DNA of 64,000 bases from Candidatus Zhuqueibacterota bacterium (GTDB lineage Bacteria; Zhuqueibacterota; Zhuqueibacteria; Thermofontimicrobiales; Thermofontimicrobiaceae). The notes below the pieces were generated by a model that saw nothing but the letters and a program-made list of their open reading frames with translations, made no database searches and had not been told where the DNA came from. The stretch spans positions 372,246 to 436,245 of the forward strand of contig JBMOPW010000007.1 of the NCBI GenBank assembly GCA_049322915.1, in the 5' to 3' direction. Shown here in pieces: positions 30,321 through 40,772 of the stretch. Positions within the stretch are counted from its first letter, which is position 1. The number at the start of each line of letters is the position of its first letter. The translations under genes and the position numbers were made by a program.

Positions 30321-30998
30321 ATGGATATTAAAATTATGGTCATTGAAGACGATCCCGATATTAGTGAAATTCTGGAATACAATCTCCAGCAGGAGGGCTA
30401 TGATGTAATTGTCTGCAATGACGGCGAAAAGGCGCTCGAACAGATTCAGAAAAATCCGCCGACAATGATTCTGCTGGATTTGATGCTCCCCGGCAAAAAC
30501 GGTCTGGAGATTGCCCGCGCAGTGCGCAAGGACGATCGAACGACCAATCTGCCGATCATCATGATTACAGCCCGCTCCGAAGAGATGGACGTGTTGCAGG
30601 GTTTGGAACTGGGCGCCGACGATTATATCACCAAGCCATTCCGTCCCAAAGAAGTCATTGCGCGCGTGAAAGCGCTACTGCGACGCCATCATCGCGATGA
30701 AGATAAAATCTACCAGTTGGGCAAGCTGACCGTCAATTTTTCCAAACACCAGGTGTCGGCTGGCGACAAAGTGCTGGACTTAACGCCCAAGGAATTCCTG
30801 CTGTTGAAAGCGTTGATCCAGGCCAATGGCCGCGTCCTTTCGAGGGACCAGTTGCTGGATCAGGTGTGGGGATATGATTATTACGGGGACCCGCGCACCG
30901 TGGATGTGCATATTCGCCGGCTGCGGAAGAAGCTGGATTTTTGGGCCAATGTGGTCGAGACGGTGAAGGGATTCGGCTATCGCATCAAACTGGCATGA
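30321..30998 (+). CDS. phoB: OmpR-family response regulator, PhoB/PhoP-like
   Basis: REC domain (EDD, LLDLMLP, KPF) plus winged helix '[14 protein letters not shown]'; adjacent to phoR and pst genes. Confidence 0.85.
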   Translation: MDIKIMVIEDDPDISEILEYNLQQEGYDVIVCNDGEKALEQIQKNPPTMILLDLMLPGKNGLEIARAVRKDDRTTNLPIIMITARSEEMDVLQGLELGADDYITKPFRPKEVIARVKALLRRHHRDEDKIYQLGKLTVNFSKHQVSAGDKVLDLTPKEFLLLKALIQANGRVLSRDQLLDQVWGYDYYGDPRTVDVHIRRLRKKLDFWANVVETVKGFGYRIKLA

Positions 30999-31293
30999 CC
31001 CGGTTTCATCGAAACAATGGGGATGCGTCTGCCTCTGGCGGTCAGTTGGGGCGCTTCCTTCGGCATGTGCGAACCTGCTTTAAAAGCAGTCGTCTGATAA
31101 ACCTGGTCATTGCGACTCCCAAAACCGATTAGATCCGCGAAGTAACCACCGCTGCGACTTTTCCTGTCAATTAAATGCAATGTAGCTGAGCCGACCACTG
31201 TCCTGAGGCATGCTGAAAATGCCACCTGACAAACTCTCACTTCAGAATTGATTCGTGAAATACCGTTCATTACGCTCTGGAAAAAACAAAGCT

Positions 31294-33081
31294 ATGTTCA
31301 AAAAGTATCGATTGAATTTCGTCTACGTTGTGCTCATTGTCTCGACAATCGCCTTTGTCATTTTTGATATTACGCTGTACGTGAGCCTGAAGGAATATCT
31401 GTACCTGCAGACGTTCAATGAAATGCGGATGAAAACCAGCCTGGCAGTTAAATTGCTGGAACAGAAACGGATCAATCTGCAACCATCCAATATTCATGAA
31501 TTGAAGGATTTAGCCTCACAGTTAGAACATATCGCCAATTCCAGAGTGACCATTATCGATTCCACCGGTCGCGTGCTCATTGATTCCGACGTTCCTGATG
31601 AACACGTGCCGCTCATGGACAATCATATCAAGCGTCCGGAAGTGCAGGACGCCATTAATTCCGGCTGGGGCCAGAGTTACCGGGACAGCGACACCATCCG
31701 GCGCAAATTATTTTACACCGCATTCACCATTCGTAATGAAGGCCGAATCATCGGATTTCTTCGGTTGGCTTACTATGCCCAGAAATTCGAAGAGTCGCTC
31801 AATAAAATCATCGTCCTGATGATCGCGGCAAACGTTTTTGGATTGGTCACGCTGTTTGTGGGAGCATTCTATCTGGGCACGCTGGTGACATTGCCCATTC
31901 TGAAAATTGTTCGGACTGCAAAAACCATTGCGGCAGGGGATTTGAATCGGTCATTTCCCACCCATCGAAAGGACGAGATCGGCACGCTGGCCGAGATTTT
32001 GAATGAACTCACCGAGCGGTTGAAAAGCCAGATCATTCAGGTTTCCAATGAGCGCTCCAAATTGCAGGACATTTTGATCAACCTGGATATTGGCATCATT
32101 GTCATCGATCTGGACAAAAACATCCTCAATGTGAACTCCGAAGTCTATCGGATATTGGGAATGAATAGCTATGAAATTGAACATCGAAATCTGATTGAAA
32201 TACTCCAGGCAGAACCGTTATTGACCGCCATCGAAAAATCCCTGGACGAAGGGAGCAAAGAGAGCGGCGAGTTCACCTGTTCCAGGCAGGAGCGGAAGAT
32301 ATTCATCAGTTATGTCATCACACCGTTTTTCATTTCTGAAGAGAAAATGAACGGCGCATTGATTCAGTTGCAGGACATCACTGAACTGAAAACGCTGGAG
32401 GCCATTCGCCGGGATTTCGTTGCCAATGCGTCTCATGAGCTGAAAACGCCGCTGACAGCGATCATTGGCTATGCCGAAACATTGCATGGCGGGGCCGGAG
32501 AAGACCATGTCGCCCGTACAAAATTCATCTGGAAAATTCTGGAGCAATCCCAGCGGCTGGAGTTCCTCGTCCAGGACCTGCTCCTGCTTTCGAAAATGGA
32601 ACGCGAAGAACCGTTGCAACTGATGCCCTGTCCGCTTCAGCCCATGATTCGCGAAATCGTCGATGAGTTCAGAGAGAAATCCAGCCTGAAGAATATCAAC
32701 ATCTCGGTGGTCGGCCGGCAGAAGGTGATTCTCCAGGTTAATGAAGAGAGCATCCGCGTCGTGTTCAACAATCTGCTGGATAATGCGATCAAATACACGC
32801 CGGAAAATGGCTCCATCACGGTGCGGATTTCGGAATTGGAGAACAGCAAAGTGAGGATCGAATTCATCGATACCGGAATCGGGATTGAGCCCAAGTATCA
32901 CGACCGCATTTTCCAGCGATTCTACCGTGTGGATAAAGCGCGGTCGCGCGCCATCGGAGGCACCGGTCTGGGCCTGGCGATTGTGAAACACATCATCGAA
33001 CGCCACGGCAGCAAAATTCACATTCAGAGCCAGGAAGGCAAGGGCAGTAATTTTTGGTTCGAATTGAATAAAGCGGAATGA
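31294..33081 (+). CDS. phoR: PhoR-like sensor kinase (sCache-HAMP-PAS-HisKA-HATPase)
   Basis: 'MDNHIKRPEV', 'RRDFVANASHELKTPLT', 'RFYRVDKARSR..GGTGLGLAIVKH'. Confidence 0.88.
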   Translation: MFKKYRLNFVYVVLIVSTIAFVIFDITLYVSLKEYLYLQTFNEMRMKTSLAVKLLEQKRINLQPSNIHELKDLASQLEHIANSRVTIIDSTGRVLIDSDVPDEHVPLMDNHIKRPEVQDAINSGWGQSYRDSDTIRRKLFYTAFTIRNEGRIIGFLRLAYYAQKFEESLNKIIVLMIAANVFGLVTLFVGAFYLGTLVTLPILKIVRTAKTIAAGDLNRSFPTHRKDEIGTLAEILNELTERLKSQIIQVSNERSKLQDILINLDIGIIVIDLDKNILNVNSEVYRILGMNSYEIEHRNLIEILQAEPLLTAIEKSLDEGSKESGEFTCSRQERKIFISYVITPFFISEEKMNGALIQLQDITELKTLEAIRRDFVANASHELKTPLTAIIGYAETLHGGAGEDHVARTKFIWKILEQSQRLEFLVQDLLLLSKMEREEPLQLMPCPLQPMIREIVDEFREKSSLKNINISVVGRQKVILQVNEESIRVVFNNLLDNAIKYTPENGSITVRISELENSKVRIEFIDTGIGIEPKYHDRIFQRFYRVDKARSRAIGGTGLGLAIVKHIIERHGSKIHIQSQEGKGSNFWFELNKAE

Positions 33082-33156
33082 GGGAATATCGCCGCCCGGA
33101 TTGACACGATCGTCCCTCTGATTTTCTGACTTCACACGGTCCTGTTGCGGTAAGCC

Positions 33157-33813
33157 TCACGTCCTCAGAAGCCGTTTCACGGATCGCAGCAAAATAGTAA
33201 CGCCGATCAATAGCCCGATGATGAGCATCTCCCAGCGGTAGCTGATGGGCACTCCGGCGGAGACGATTGTGGAGTAGTCCAGAATGAACGAAATAAAGAT
33301 GATGATCGGCGCGAGAATGAGGCCAATCATTTCCCACCGGGTCAAGCTGAATCGCCGGCCGTTTTTTTCAACATAAAGAACGAGCATCGCGCCGGTTATC
33401 AATGCAATCGACACGAGAACGGGCGCGAGCACCGGACTTGCCCACGGTACCGGGATGAGAAACAGCAAATCCCACGTGAACAACGATTCCGGCCAATTCA
33501 GGAAAATTTTCAACCAGATATAATACCAGATATCCCAGACGCCAAAGCCGAACATGAAATACGCCATCCGAATCCAGCGGCCGGTCCCGGCCAGAAAGGC
33601 GATGGCCAGAAGCATGAATAGTGTTGCCGCTTCCCGACCCACTTCAACCAGAGCGATTTGCTTCGGAATGAGGATGATGGGGAATCGGAATCCCTCCGGA
33701 TAATAAAGCTCCCTCAGATAAACCACGACCGCAGATTCCAGATACGCCATCCAGATGCAAAAGAAGAAGACAAGTGAAAGTCGCATGAGTTCGATTTTGA
33801 ATTCTTTTTTCAT
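33157..33813 (-). CDS. Conserved integral membrane protein of unknown function
   Basis: ~6 TM helices; 'AYLESAVVVYLR', 'E..REAAT', 'WD..YY', 'WDLLFLIPVPW..PVLAP'. Confidence 0.75.
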   Translation of the reverse strand: MKKEFKIELMRLSLVFFFCIWMAYLESAVVVYLRELYYPEGFRFPIILIPKQIALVEVGREAATLFMLLAIAFLAGTGRWIRMAYFMFGFGVWDIWYYIWLKIFLNWPESLFTWDLLFLIPVPWASPVLAPVLVSIALITGAMLVLYVEKNGRRFSLTRWEMIGLILAPIIIFISFILDYSTIVSAGVPISYRWEMLIIGLLIGVTILLRSVKRLLRT

Positions 33814-33893
33814 ACTCGTTCATTGGATTGTTCGGATGATATTGAGATTGGAATGATGCTCCTTTAGCCCTGTTTTCGTGGAGACTGTTTCAG

Positions 33894-34718
33894 TCACCAC
33901 AGCGGAATATATCCCACGTCCCGGATAGCTGCCTGTCCCTCTTTCAGCGTGTAATTGATGAACTGTTTTACAATGCCGCGCGGCGAATCAATGGTATAAA
34001 GGTACAGATAGCGCGTGATGGGGTAGGTATCATTTCTCACATTTTCCTCAGTGGGTTCCACGTTGTTTATCCTGCAGTGGACGACCTCTTTGCCGTAGGC
34101 GAGACCGCCATATCCGATTGCTTCTTCATTTTCCTGCACAGCTTTGACAATGGCCGAAGTGGATGTGAGGATCTGAGCGAATTGGCTGTAGGGTTCGCCT
34201 TCGAGAATATGCTCGCGAAAATAGATGTAAGTGCCGGAATTCGGCGATCGTATGAGCACCAGAATTGGACTCATTTTCCCGCCGATCTGACTCCAGTTGG
34301 TTATCTCGCCCCTGTAAATTTTCGCCAATTGCTCGATGGTCAAATTTTTGACCGGATTCTCCGGGTGAACATAGATGCTCAGCGCGTCTTTGGCGACGAG
34401 AAAATTCATCCCGATTTTATTGTATCGCTCAGCCAGCAGCCGCGCTTCATCGGCCAGCACCGGCCGGGAAGCGGTGCAGATATCGGTCTTGCCCTGAATG
34501 AGCGCTTCAAATCCTTTGTGCGAACCACCGCCTTCCACATAGACCGATGTGTTGGGGGAAATTTTCATGTATTCTTCAGCCCATCGCGAGGCCAATATGA
34601 GCATGGTATCCGAGCCCATGATGTGAATGGTGTCGTGTCGCGCGCGAATGATATGACTGCAATCCGAAACGATGATCAATAGCAAAATCAGAATTAGTAT
34701 TTTTCTCATGACAACCAT
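33894..34718 (-). CDS. pstS: PstS-family phosphate-binding lipoprotein (second copy)
   Basis: GSDTM, GGGS..G, ASR, 'RSPNSGTY.YF', 'AIGYGG', 'YPITRYLY'. Confidence 0.88.
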   Translation of the reverse strand: MVVMRKILILILLLIIVSDCSHIIRARHDTIHIMGSDTMLILASRWAEEYMKISPNTSVYVEGGGSHKGFEALIQGKTDICTASRPVLADEARLLAERYNKIGMNFLVAKDALSIYVHPENPVKNLTIEQLAKIYRGEITNWSQIGGKMSPILVLIRSPNSGTYIYFREHILEGEPYSQFAQILTSTSAIVKAVQENEEAIGYGGLAYGKEVVHCRINNVEPTEENVRNDTYPITRYLYLYTIDSPRGIVKQFINYTLKEGQAAIRDVGYIPLW

Positions 34719-34741
34719 CCGAGCAATGTTCCTGTACAGAG

Positions 34742-36436
34742 CTACCGTTTTTCAGCAATGGAACGAAGCCTGGCCATGATGTAGGGCGTGCCGCTGTTCC
34801 ATTGCGGCGGCAGCGTCTCACTGGCAAGGGCGTGGCAAAATGAATAAAGAAAACGACAATGGTGCTGGGCCGCTTCGAAATTGATGTATTGATCCAGATC
34901 GTCACCGGGGGTGTGGTAATATGTCTCAGACCAGTGCATGATGCGCTCCAGCGCCTGCTGCGGCGTTGAATTTTCGAAATGCAATCCTTCGGCGATCAGA
35001 ATGGATGGAATTCCGGCCTTAGCAAATGCGATCTGGTCGGAACGGGCGAACGATTCCATGGCTAAAAATTGAGAGGGCAGCGGCGAAACCTTCAGTCCCC
35101 GGGACGCAGCCACGCGGTTCAGCATGTCGCCCAGCGTCGAGAACTCCTGTCCGACGCCCACCACGTCCTCGAATTTCTCGAACATGGACAATCCGTCGAT
35201 ATTCACGTTGGCGATGGTCTTGTACAGCGGCGCAATGGGATGATCGATGTAATAATTCGATCCGAGCAGGCCTTTCTCTTCGCCGGTCGTGAACAGGAAA
35301 ATGATGTTGTGCAATGGCTTTTCCGGCAGCAGCGAAAAGACCCGCGCAAGTTCCAGCAACGCGCTCACGCCAATGGCATTGTCGCCAACGCCGTTATAAA
35401 TGGAGTCGCCCTTCACCGGCTCGCCAATTCCCAGGTGATCATAATGGGCCGAAAGGATCAGGTACGAATCGTTCGGCCGTTTCATGCGGCCTTCCAGAAA
35501 TCCGACGACATTCCTGTCGAAAAACTCCCGCTCGGTGAATTCCCCTTTGAATGACAGGCTCACCTCCAATGGAAAACTGAGCATGGAATTGTTCTTCTCC
35601 AATTCGCATACCTGTCGCAATGTGAACGGCGCGTTTTGAAAGAGAATCTCGCCGGCGCCTGGATTCAGGGCAATGCTCAGATTGGCGGTCACGGAATAGG
35701 CCAGCGTCACATCCTCGAACGAAAACGCCTGTATCCACTCGCGCCAGGGTTCGTGAACCAATTCCACCGGTCGGGGAATGAGAATGCTGCCGCTGGCGCC
35801 GCGGGAAATGGCAATGCGCTGTTTCGATTCCGGATAGGAATAGATCGTGGGATACGGGCCATCGAAATAAGTGGAATCCTCCGAAGGCGGCTCGCCGGAT
35901 AAAAAGACAACAATTTTGCCATCCACGTCCAGCGACTGGTAATCGTTGTAATCGAATTCAGGAGCGATGATGCCGTAGCCAACAAAGACGAGCTGCTGCG
36001 GCCGGGGGATGTAGGTCTGAGCGCCGGATTTATAGAGCAGGTAGTCGTCTTTCAGCCGGAGATCCACTTCGCCGGTGTTCGAATGGATTTTCATCTGCGA
36101 GGATGGCAGCGGAAAACTGCCATGCATGGGTATCGATTGAAAATAGCTGCGGTTGTCACCCATGGGGATGAACTGCCAGTGAGCCAATTGTCGGGCGATA
36201 TATTCGGCAGCCAATCTGCCGCCAGGCGTGCCTGTTCCGCGTCCCTGCAGCGAATCGTTACCCAAAAAAGCGACATGTTTTTTCAGGCTATCTGCCGATA
36301 TAGAATTGAGAGCTTGATTCAAGTCAGCAGCTCTGGCGTCCATTCCCTGAACCGTGGGAAGGAGTGTCCATAAAACGGCTATCATTCGAAAAACATTCAG
36401 CACGTCCGGCTCCGCGTTTTGGATTCTGAGTGACAA
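34742..36436 (-). CDS. M28 family metallopeptidase with PA domain
   Basis: 'LQGRGTGT', PA insert, SAHYDHLG, NGVGDNA, TGEEKGLLGS, RSDQ, YHTPGD. Confidence 0.9.
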   Translation of the reverse strand: MSLRIQNAEPDVLNVFRMIAVLWTLLPTVQGMDARAADLNQALNSISADSLKKHVAFLGNDSLQGRGTGTPGGRLAAEYIARQLAHWQFIPMGDNRSYFQSIPMHGSFPLPSSQMKIHSNTGEVDLRLKDDYLLYKSGAQTYIPRPQQLVFVGYGIIAPEFDYNDYQSLDVDGKIVVFLSGEPPSEDSTYFDGPYPTIYSYPESKQRIAISRGASGSILIPRPVELVHEPWREWIQAFSFEDVTLAYSVTANLSIALNPGAGEILFQNAPFTLRQVCELEKNNSMLSFPLEVSLSFKGEFTEREFFDRNVVGFLEGRMKRPNDSYLILSAHYDHLGIGEPVKGDSIYNGVGDNAIGVSALLELARVFSLLPEKPLHNIIFLFTTGEEKGLLGSNYYIDHPIAPLYKTIANVNIDGLSMFEKFEDVVGVGQEFSTLGDMLNRVAASRGLKVSPLPSQFLAMESFARSDQIAFAKAGIPSILIAEGLHFENSTPQQALERIMHWSETYYHTPGDDLDQYINFEAAQHHCRFLYSFCHALASETLPPQWNSGTPYIMARLRSIAEKR

Positions 36437-36560
36437 TTACATGATACTTGATTCTCCTGATAAAATCAAGTAATTTTTATAGCATAGCGAATTTTGAATC
36501 GGTGCTGCTATGTAGCCGGATCTCGCGCCAGACGTCGAATCGTTGGCCAGAACGGATTCT

Positions 36561-36626
36561 GTTAACATGGATTTAACATAGATGTCATCTAATTTCTATA
36601 TGACGTTCATTTTTCCGTAATATAAT
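36561..36626 (+). promoter_or_regulatory. Pho-box-like array (up to six 11-bp units) upstream of PAP2
   Basis: GTTAACATGGA/TTTAACATAGA/TGTCATCTAAT/TTCTATATGAC/GTTCATTTTTC/CGTAATATAAT. Confidence 0.7.
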
Positions 36627-36659
36627 CATGCTATCTTTACACAAAAATGAGGAGCAAAC

Positions 36660-37187
36660 ATGTTACGAGCACTATCATTGAACTTTTATCAGTTAGACGT
36701 TCTGCTGTTCAAACAAATCTATCGTTTACATGGTAAAAGTCTTGTCGATGGAATCTTCTATTACCTCACCCGGTCCGGTGATGGGTATTATTACGGACTG
36801 GTAGCAGTGCTTTTGTTGCTCTATGATTTGAATATTGGGAAGCTGGCCGTGATGATGATGGCAGCGTCTTTTGCGATGGAAGTTCCGTTGCATGCCATCG
36901 CCAAGAAGGCGGTGAAACGCACGCGGCCATTCGAAAAGCTGGGCATTATCAGTCTCATCGCTCCCCCGGATAAATACAGTTTCCCGTCCGGCCATACGGC
37001 TGCAGCCATTTTGATGGCCAATATTTTAAGCCTCATTTTCCCGGCATCATCGTATTTATTCTTCGGCTGGGCCATGTCGGTGGGAGTGTCGCGGATTTAC
37101 CTGGGCGTTCATTATCCCTCGGATATCGCCGCCGGGGCCATGTTGGGTTATGTGACATCTGAGATAGGCATTGCTCTGATTATCTGA
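36660..37187 (+). CDS. PAP2 family phosphatase
   Basis: K..VKRTRP, SFPSGH, SRIYLGVHYPSD motifs; GAGGAG RBS. Confidence 0.93.
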   Translation: MLRALSLNFYQLDVLLFKQIYRLHGKSLVDGIFYYLTRSGDGYYYGLVAVLLLLYDLNIGKLAVMMMAASFAMEVPLHAIAKKAVKRTRPFEKLGIISLIAPPDKYSFPSGHTAAAILMANILSLIFPASSYLFFGWAMSVGVSRIYLGVHYPSDIAAGAMLGYVTSEIGIALII

Positions 37188-37329
37188 TAGAAAAAATTAC
37201 AAATTGACATATGGTTGTGCTCCTTATGTGGTGAGTCGTGGAAGCATCCCAAATATAAATTTTGGGATGCTTTTTTTTAACCGGAAGCGGTTGATTCTAT
37301 GCAAGGCCCGATTTACCGGCCTTGGTATT

Positions 37330-37373
37330 ATTCATTTCCTCTTAACACGCGCGTCATACGGCTGTAATTTCCT
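37330..37373 (+). promoter_or_regulatory. Pho-box-like array (four 11-bp units)
   Basis: ATTCATTTCCT/CTTAACACGCG/CGTCATACGGC/TGTAATTTCCT. Confidence 0.55.
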
Positions 37374-37575
37374 TTCGCTATTTTATCGGGTGAAAATTCA
37401 GAACGGCATTCCGGCTGCGACCTGCCGGAGTGCTGATTTCTGCGTGGCGGCATTGGCAAAAGCGCCGGTCATGTGAACGCTGCACAGGCAGACAACTCGG
37501 CTGAAGACGCGGCGCGCGTGGGCTTTGGCAGGCAGGCATATTCGCAGCATCGTGAGGGGGGAGTTTTCATTCAAA

Positions 37576-37608
37576 GATAATATACCCGTAACATTACTGT
37601 AACATGCC
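37576..37608 (+). promoter_or_regulatory. Pho-box-like array upstream of the TonB-dependent receptor
   Basis: GATAATATACC/CGTAACATTAC/TGTAACATGCC. Confidence 0.7.
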
Positions 37609-37697
37609 AATCCGATATTTAGCTGTCAAAATTGCATCCGAGCAAGCTTGATCATAGAATAAGAGGGCAACACAAAAACAAAAAGAGGTAAAGAGCA

Positions 37698-40613
37698 ATG
37701 AAACAAACTAACAGTCGAATCCGCAGCAGGGGCGCTGCGAAATTCAAGCATGTTTTCTTTTCTGCACTACTATTTTCTGCAATCCTGTTGTGCACAGGTC
37801 TCACGTCTTCAGTTTTTGCACAAGAATTAAAAGGTAAAATTGCTGGTAAATTGGTCGACGCCGATACCGGCGATCCGCTGATCGGAGCGAATGTCATGTT
37901 GGAAGGAACGACGATTGGCATCTCCGCTGACCTGGATGGTTACTATCGGTTGCTCAATGTGGCGCCGGGTTCTTACACACTGGTCGTTCGCATGATGGGG
38001 TATACCGAGACAAAAATTACGGATGTAGTGGTTCAGGCGGATCAGACGACGATCATCAATGCGTCGTTGCAAACCGAAGTATTGAAGACCGAAGGCGTCA
38101 CCGTCACAGCCAAAGCTGTCCGTAATACTGAAAGCCTGCTGCTGAAAGATCGGCAGAAGGCCGTTGCTCTGAGCGATGCAGTGAGCGCAGAAGCCATTTC
38201 CCAGGCTGGCGCCGGCGACGCTGCCGAAGCGGTGAAACAAATTACAGGCGCCTCAGTGGTTGGCGGTAAATATGTCTACGTCCGCGGGCTTGGCGACCGA
38301 TACACATCCACGCAACTGAATGGCGCGTCTATTCCGAGCACGGATCCGTACAAACGATCCGGCTCCATCGACCTGGTTCCCACGAACCTCATCGACAATA
38401 TCGTCACCGTGAAAAGCTTCACCCCAGACAAGCCCGGCGATTTCTCCGGCGGCACGGTGGATATTAAAACAAAAGATTTTCCTGAAGAATTGAAAATCGA
38501 GTTTGCGTCGTCAGCGGCGTACAACACGGTCACCACGTTCAAAGATGGGAAAAACACCATCGGCTATAAAGGCGGAGATATGGACTGGCTCGGAATAGAC
38601 GATGGTTCCCGATCAGTGCCGGACTATGTCAAATCGAACGGTGTGCCTTATTACGATAATTCTTCTTCCAACAGCCTGAATCAACTGTCGTTGGCCACTA
38701 AATCATTCAGCAAGCAGATGTGGACAGAGCAGATCACTCCTTCTCTCAATCAAAGTTACTCTCTTTCCATCGGCAATCAGATTGAGTTATTCGGGCGACC
38801 GTTCGGATTCATCGGCAGTGTGTCTTACAGCAATGCCTACTCCGCTTACAACAATGGACAGTACAATGCCTGGAACCTGTTGGAAGACTCATCCAAAGTG
38901 CTCAATCAGCTTTATACATACAACCATTTCAAGACAAGTCAGGAAGTGCTGTTAGGAACATTATTCAAAGGCTCCTACAAACTGACCAACACAGATATTG
39001 TGAGTTTGAATTTTATTTATAATATCAACGGCACCAGCAGTGCGGATTATTACGAAGGCCATTATGAATACGACAAATTGGATGGCGACGATCTGCACCA
39101 AAATCATGTGCTGGGCTACAGCGAACGAAAGTTGACCTCGTTACTACTGAACGGCGACCATCAATTCGATAAGCTGCTGGGACTCCGATTTGATTGGAAA
39201 GCATCCTACGCTGAGACAAAACAGGATGAACCGGATTTGCGCTACTTCACCACCTATACCATGATCGAAGACGGCGAAACAATACCGGGCGTGTTTGCCA
39301 ATCTCGTACCGCAACGTTTCTACCGCTATCTGAATGAAGATAACACGGAGTTTTCTGCCAACTTCCTGCTGCCGTTCAACCAGTGGTCTGGCAAGAAATC
39401 AACCCTGAAATTCGGCGGTTTATATTCGAATAAGAATCGGGCGTTCAGCGAATTGAACTACAGCTACAGCTTCTACAAGGGATATAATGGCGATCCTGAA
39501 GCCTATTTTTCCGATGACAATATGGAGCCGGATTCATCCGTGGTGGTCATCAATGGGACACCCTGGGTGACGCGGGACATGGACCTCTACATCGAAGAAG
39601 GCAACATGGGGACCAATGATTATACCGGCGAGCAGATCGTAAACGCACAATACGCCATGGTCGAACTGCCGATCTCCTCGAAGTTGCGATTCATCGGTGG
39701 CGCGCGCTATGAAAACACGGACATGGAGTTGATCAGCACAGACGATCGAAAAGCCGATGGTAAAATTTCCACGCAGGATGTGCTGCCGTCCGTCAATTTC
39801 ATCTACAGCGTGAACGACAACATGAACCTGCGGATGAGCGCCACGCGGTCGCTGGCTCGTCCCACGCTCCGCGAATTGGCGCCGTATGCTTCCTATGACT
39901 TTGTGGTAGGTTTCACAGCCATCGGAAATCCCGAATTGAAACGAACGCTGATTGATAATTATGATATTCGCTGGGAATGGTTTTCCCGTCCGGGCGAAAT
40001 TTATGCAGTGAGCGCATTCTTCAAAGATTTCGAAGACCCAATCGAAAAAGCGTTCATCGTCTCCGCTTCGAACCGGGAGATTACCTGGAAGAATGTGGAT
40101 CATGCCAGAACCATGGGTATCGAATTTGAGGTTCGGAAAAAGCTGGACATTCTGACTTCGAAATTGAGCAACTACACAATCGGATCGAATCTCTCGCTGG
40201 TGCAGTCTGAGGTGCAGATTCCGGCCGATGAATTGGCGCACATTCGGATCAAACGACCTGATTTCTCCGGCACCCGTGAACTGGAAGGCCAATCACCATT
40301 CCTGTTGAACTTGAATCTCAGTTACGATAATTTTGACAATGGCCTGTTCTGGAATGTGTATTACAATGTTTTTGGAAAACGACTTTCGGAAGTTAGCAAA
40401 GACGGGACGCCGTTTGTGTATGAACAACCAGTCCATACGTTAAATGCAAACCTCAGTGTAAAAATTGCCAAGCATCTTAAACTCAAAGTTTCAGGTAAGA
40501 ACCTGTTGGATTCTGAATTTAAGAAGACTCACGAGTATGAAGGCGCTGAATATATCTTCAGATCGTATACCATTGGCCGAACATTTTCAATGGGATTTTC
40601 ATACAGCTTATAA
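37698..40613 (+). CDS. TonB-dependent receptor with carboxypeptidase-like N-terminal extension
   Basis: 'GKLVDADTGDPLIGANV'; plug 'YVYVRGLGDRY', 'KSFTPDKPGDFSGG'; 'GNPELK', 'KNLLD'; C-terminal 'FSMGFSYSL'. Confidence 0.93.
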   Translation: MKQTNSRIRSRGAAKFKHVFFSALLFSAILLCTGLTSSVFAQELKGKIAGKLVDADTGDPLIGANVMLEGTTIGISADLDGYYRLLNVAPGSYTLVVRMMGYTETKITDVVVQADQTTIINASLQTEVLKTEGVTVTAKAVRNTESLLLKDRQKAVALSDAVSAEAISQAGAGDAAEAVKQITGASVVGGKYVYVRGLGDRYTSTQLNGASIPSTDPYKRSGSIDLVPTNLIDNIVTVKSFTPDKPGDFSGGTVDIKTKDFPEELKIEFASSAAYNTVTTFKDGKNTIGYKGGDMDWLGIDDGSRSVPDYVKSNGVPYYDNSSSNSLNQLSLATKSFSKQMWTEQITPSLNQSYSLSIGNQIELFGRPFGFIGSVSYSNAYSAYNNGQYNAWNLLEDSSKVLNQLYTYNHFKTSQEVLLGTLFKGSYKLTNTDIVSLNFIYNINGTSSADYYEGHYEYDKLDGDDLHQNHVLGYSERKLTSLLLNGDHQFDKLLGLRFDWKASYAETKQDEPDLRYFTTYTMIEDGETIPGVFANLVPQRFYRYLNEDNTEFSANFLLPFNQWSGKKSTLKFGGLYSNKNRAFSELNYSYSFYKGYNGDPEAYFSDDNMEPDSSVVVINGTPWVTRDMDLYIEEGNMGTNDYTGEQIVNAQYAMVELPISSKLRFIGGARYENTDMELISTDDRKADGKISTQDVLPSVNFIYSVNDNMNLRMSATRSLARPTLRELAPYASYDFVVGFTAIGNPELKRTLIDNYDIRWEWFSRPGEIYAVSAFFKDFEDPIEKAFIVSASNREITWKNVDHARTMGIEFEVRKKLDILTSKLSNYTIGSNLSLVQSEVQIPADELAHIRIKRPDFSGTRELEGQSPFLLNLNLSYDNFDNGLFWNVYYNVFGKRLSEVSKDGTPFVYEQPVHTLNANLSVKIAKHLKLKVSGKNLLDSEFKKTHEYEGAEYIFRSYTIGRTFSMGFSYSL

Positions 40614-40772
40614 ATCCGTTTAAATAAGAAATACGCCCTGGTTAAAAAGTACTTCATTCGTGAGTGATTCTTAATATGGTGAATGGCTTTATTTAGACTG
40701 AGAAAAATGATGATAAATCAATCAATTCAATTTATTAAATGTTTAACTGTTAATTTATTCAGGAGGAAACGA

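Noticed and set aside
32218..33135. Long antisense ORFs (305 aa here; also 57074-58288, 45701-46510, 39534-40292, 16634-17368)
   Set aside because: Shadow frames opposite well-supported genes
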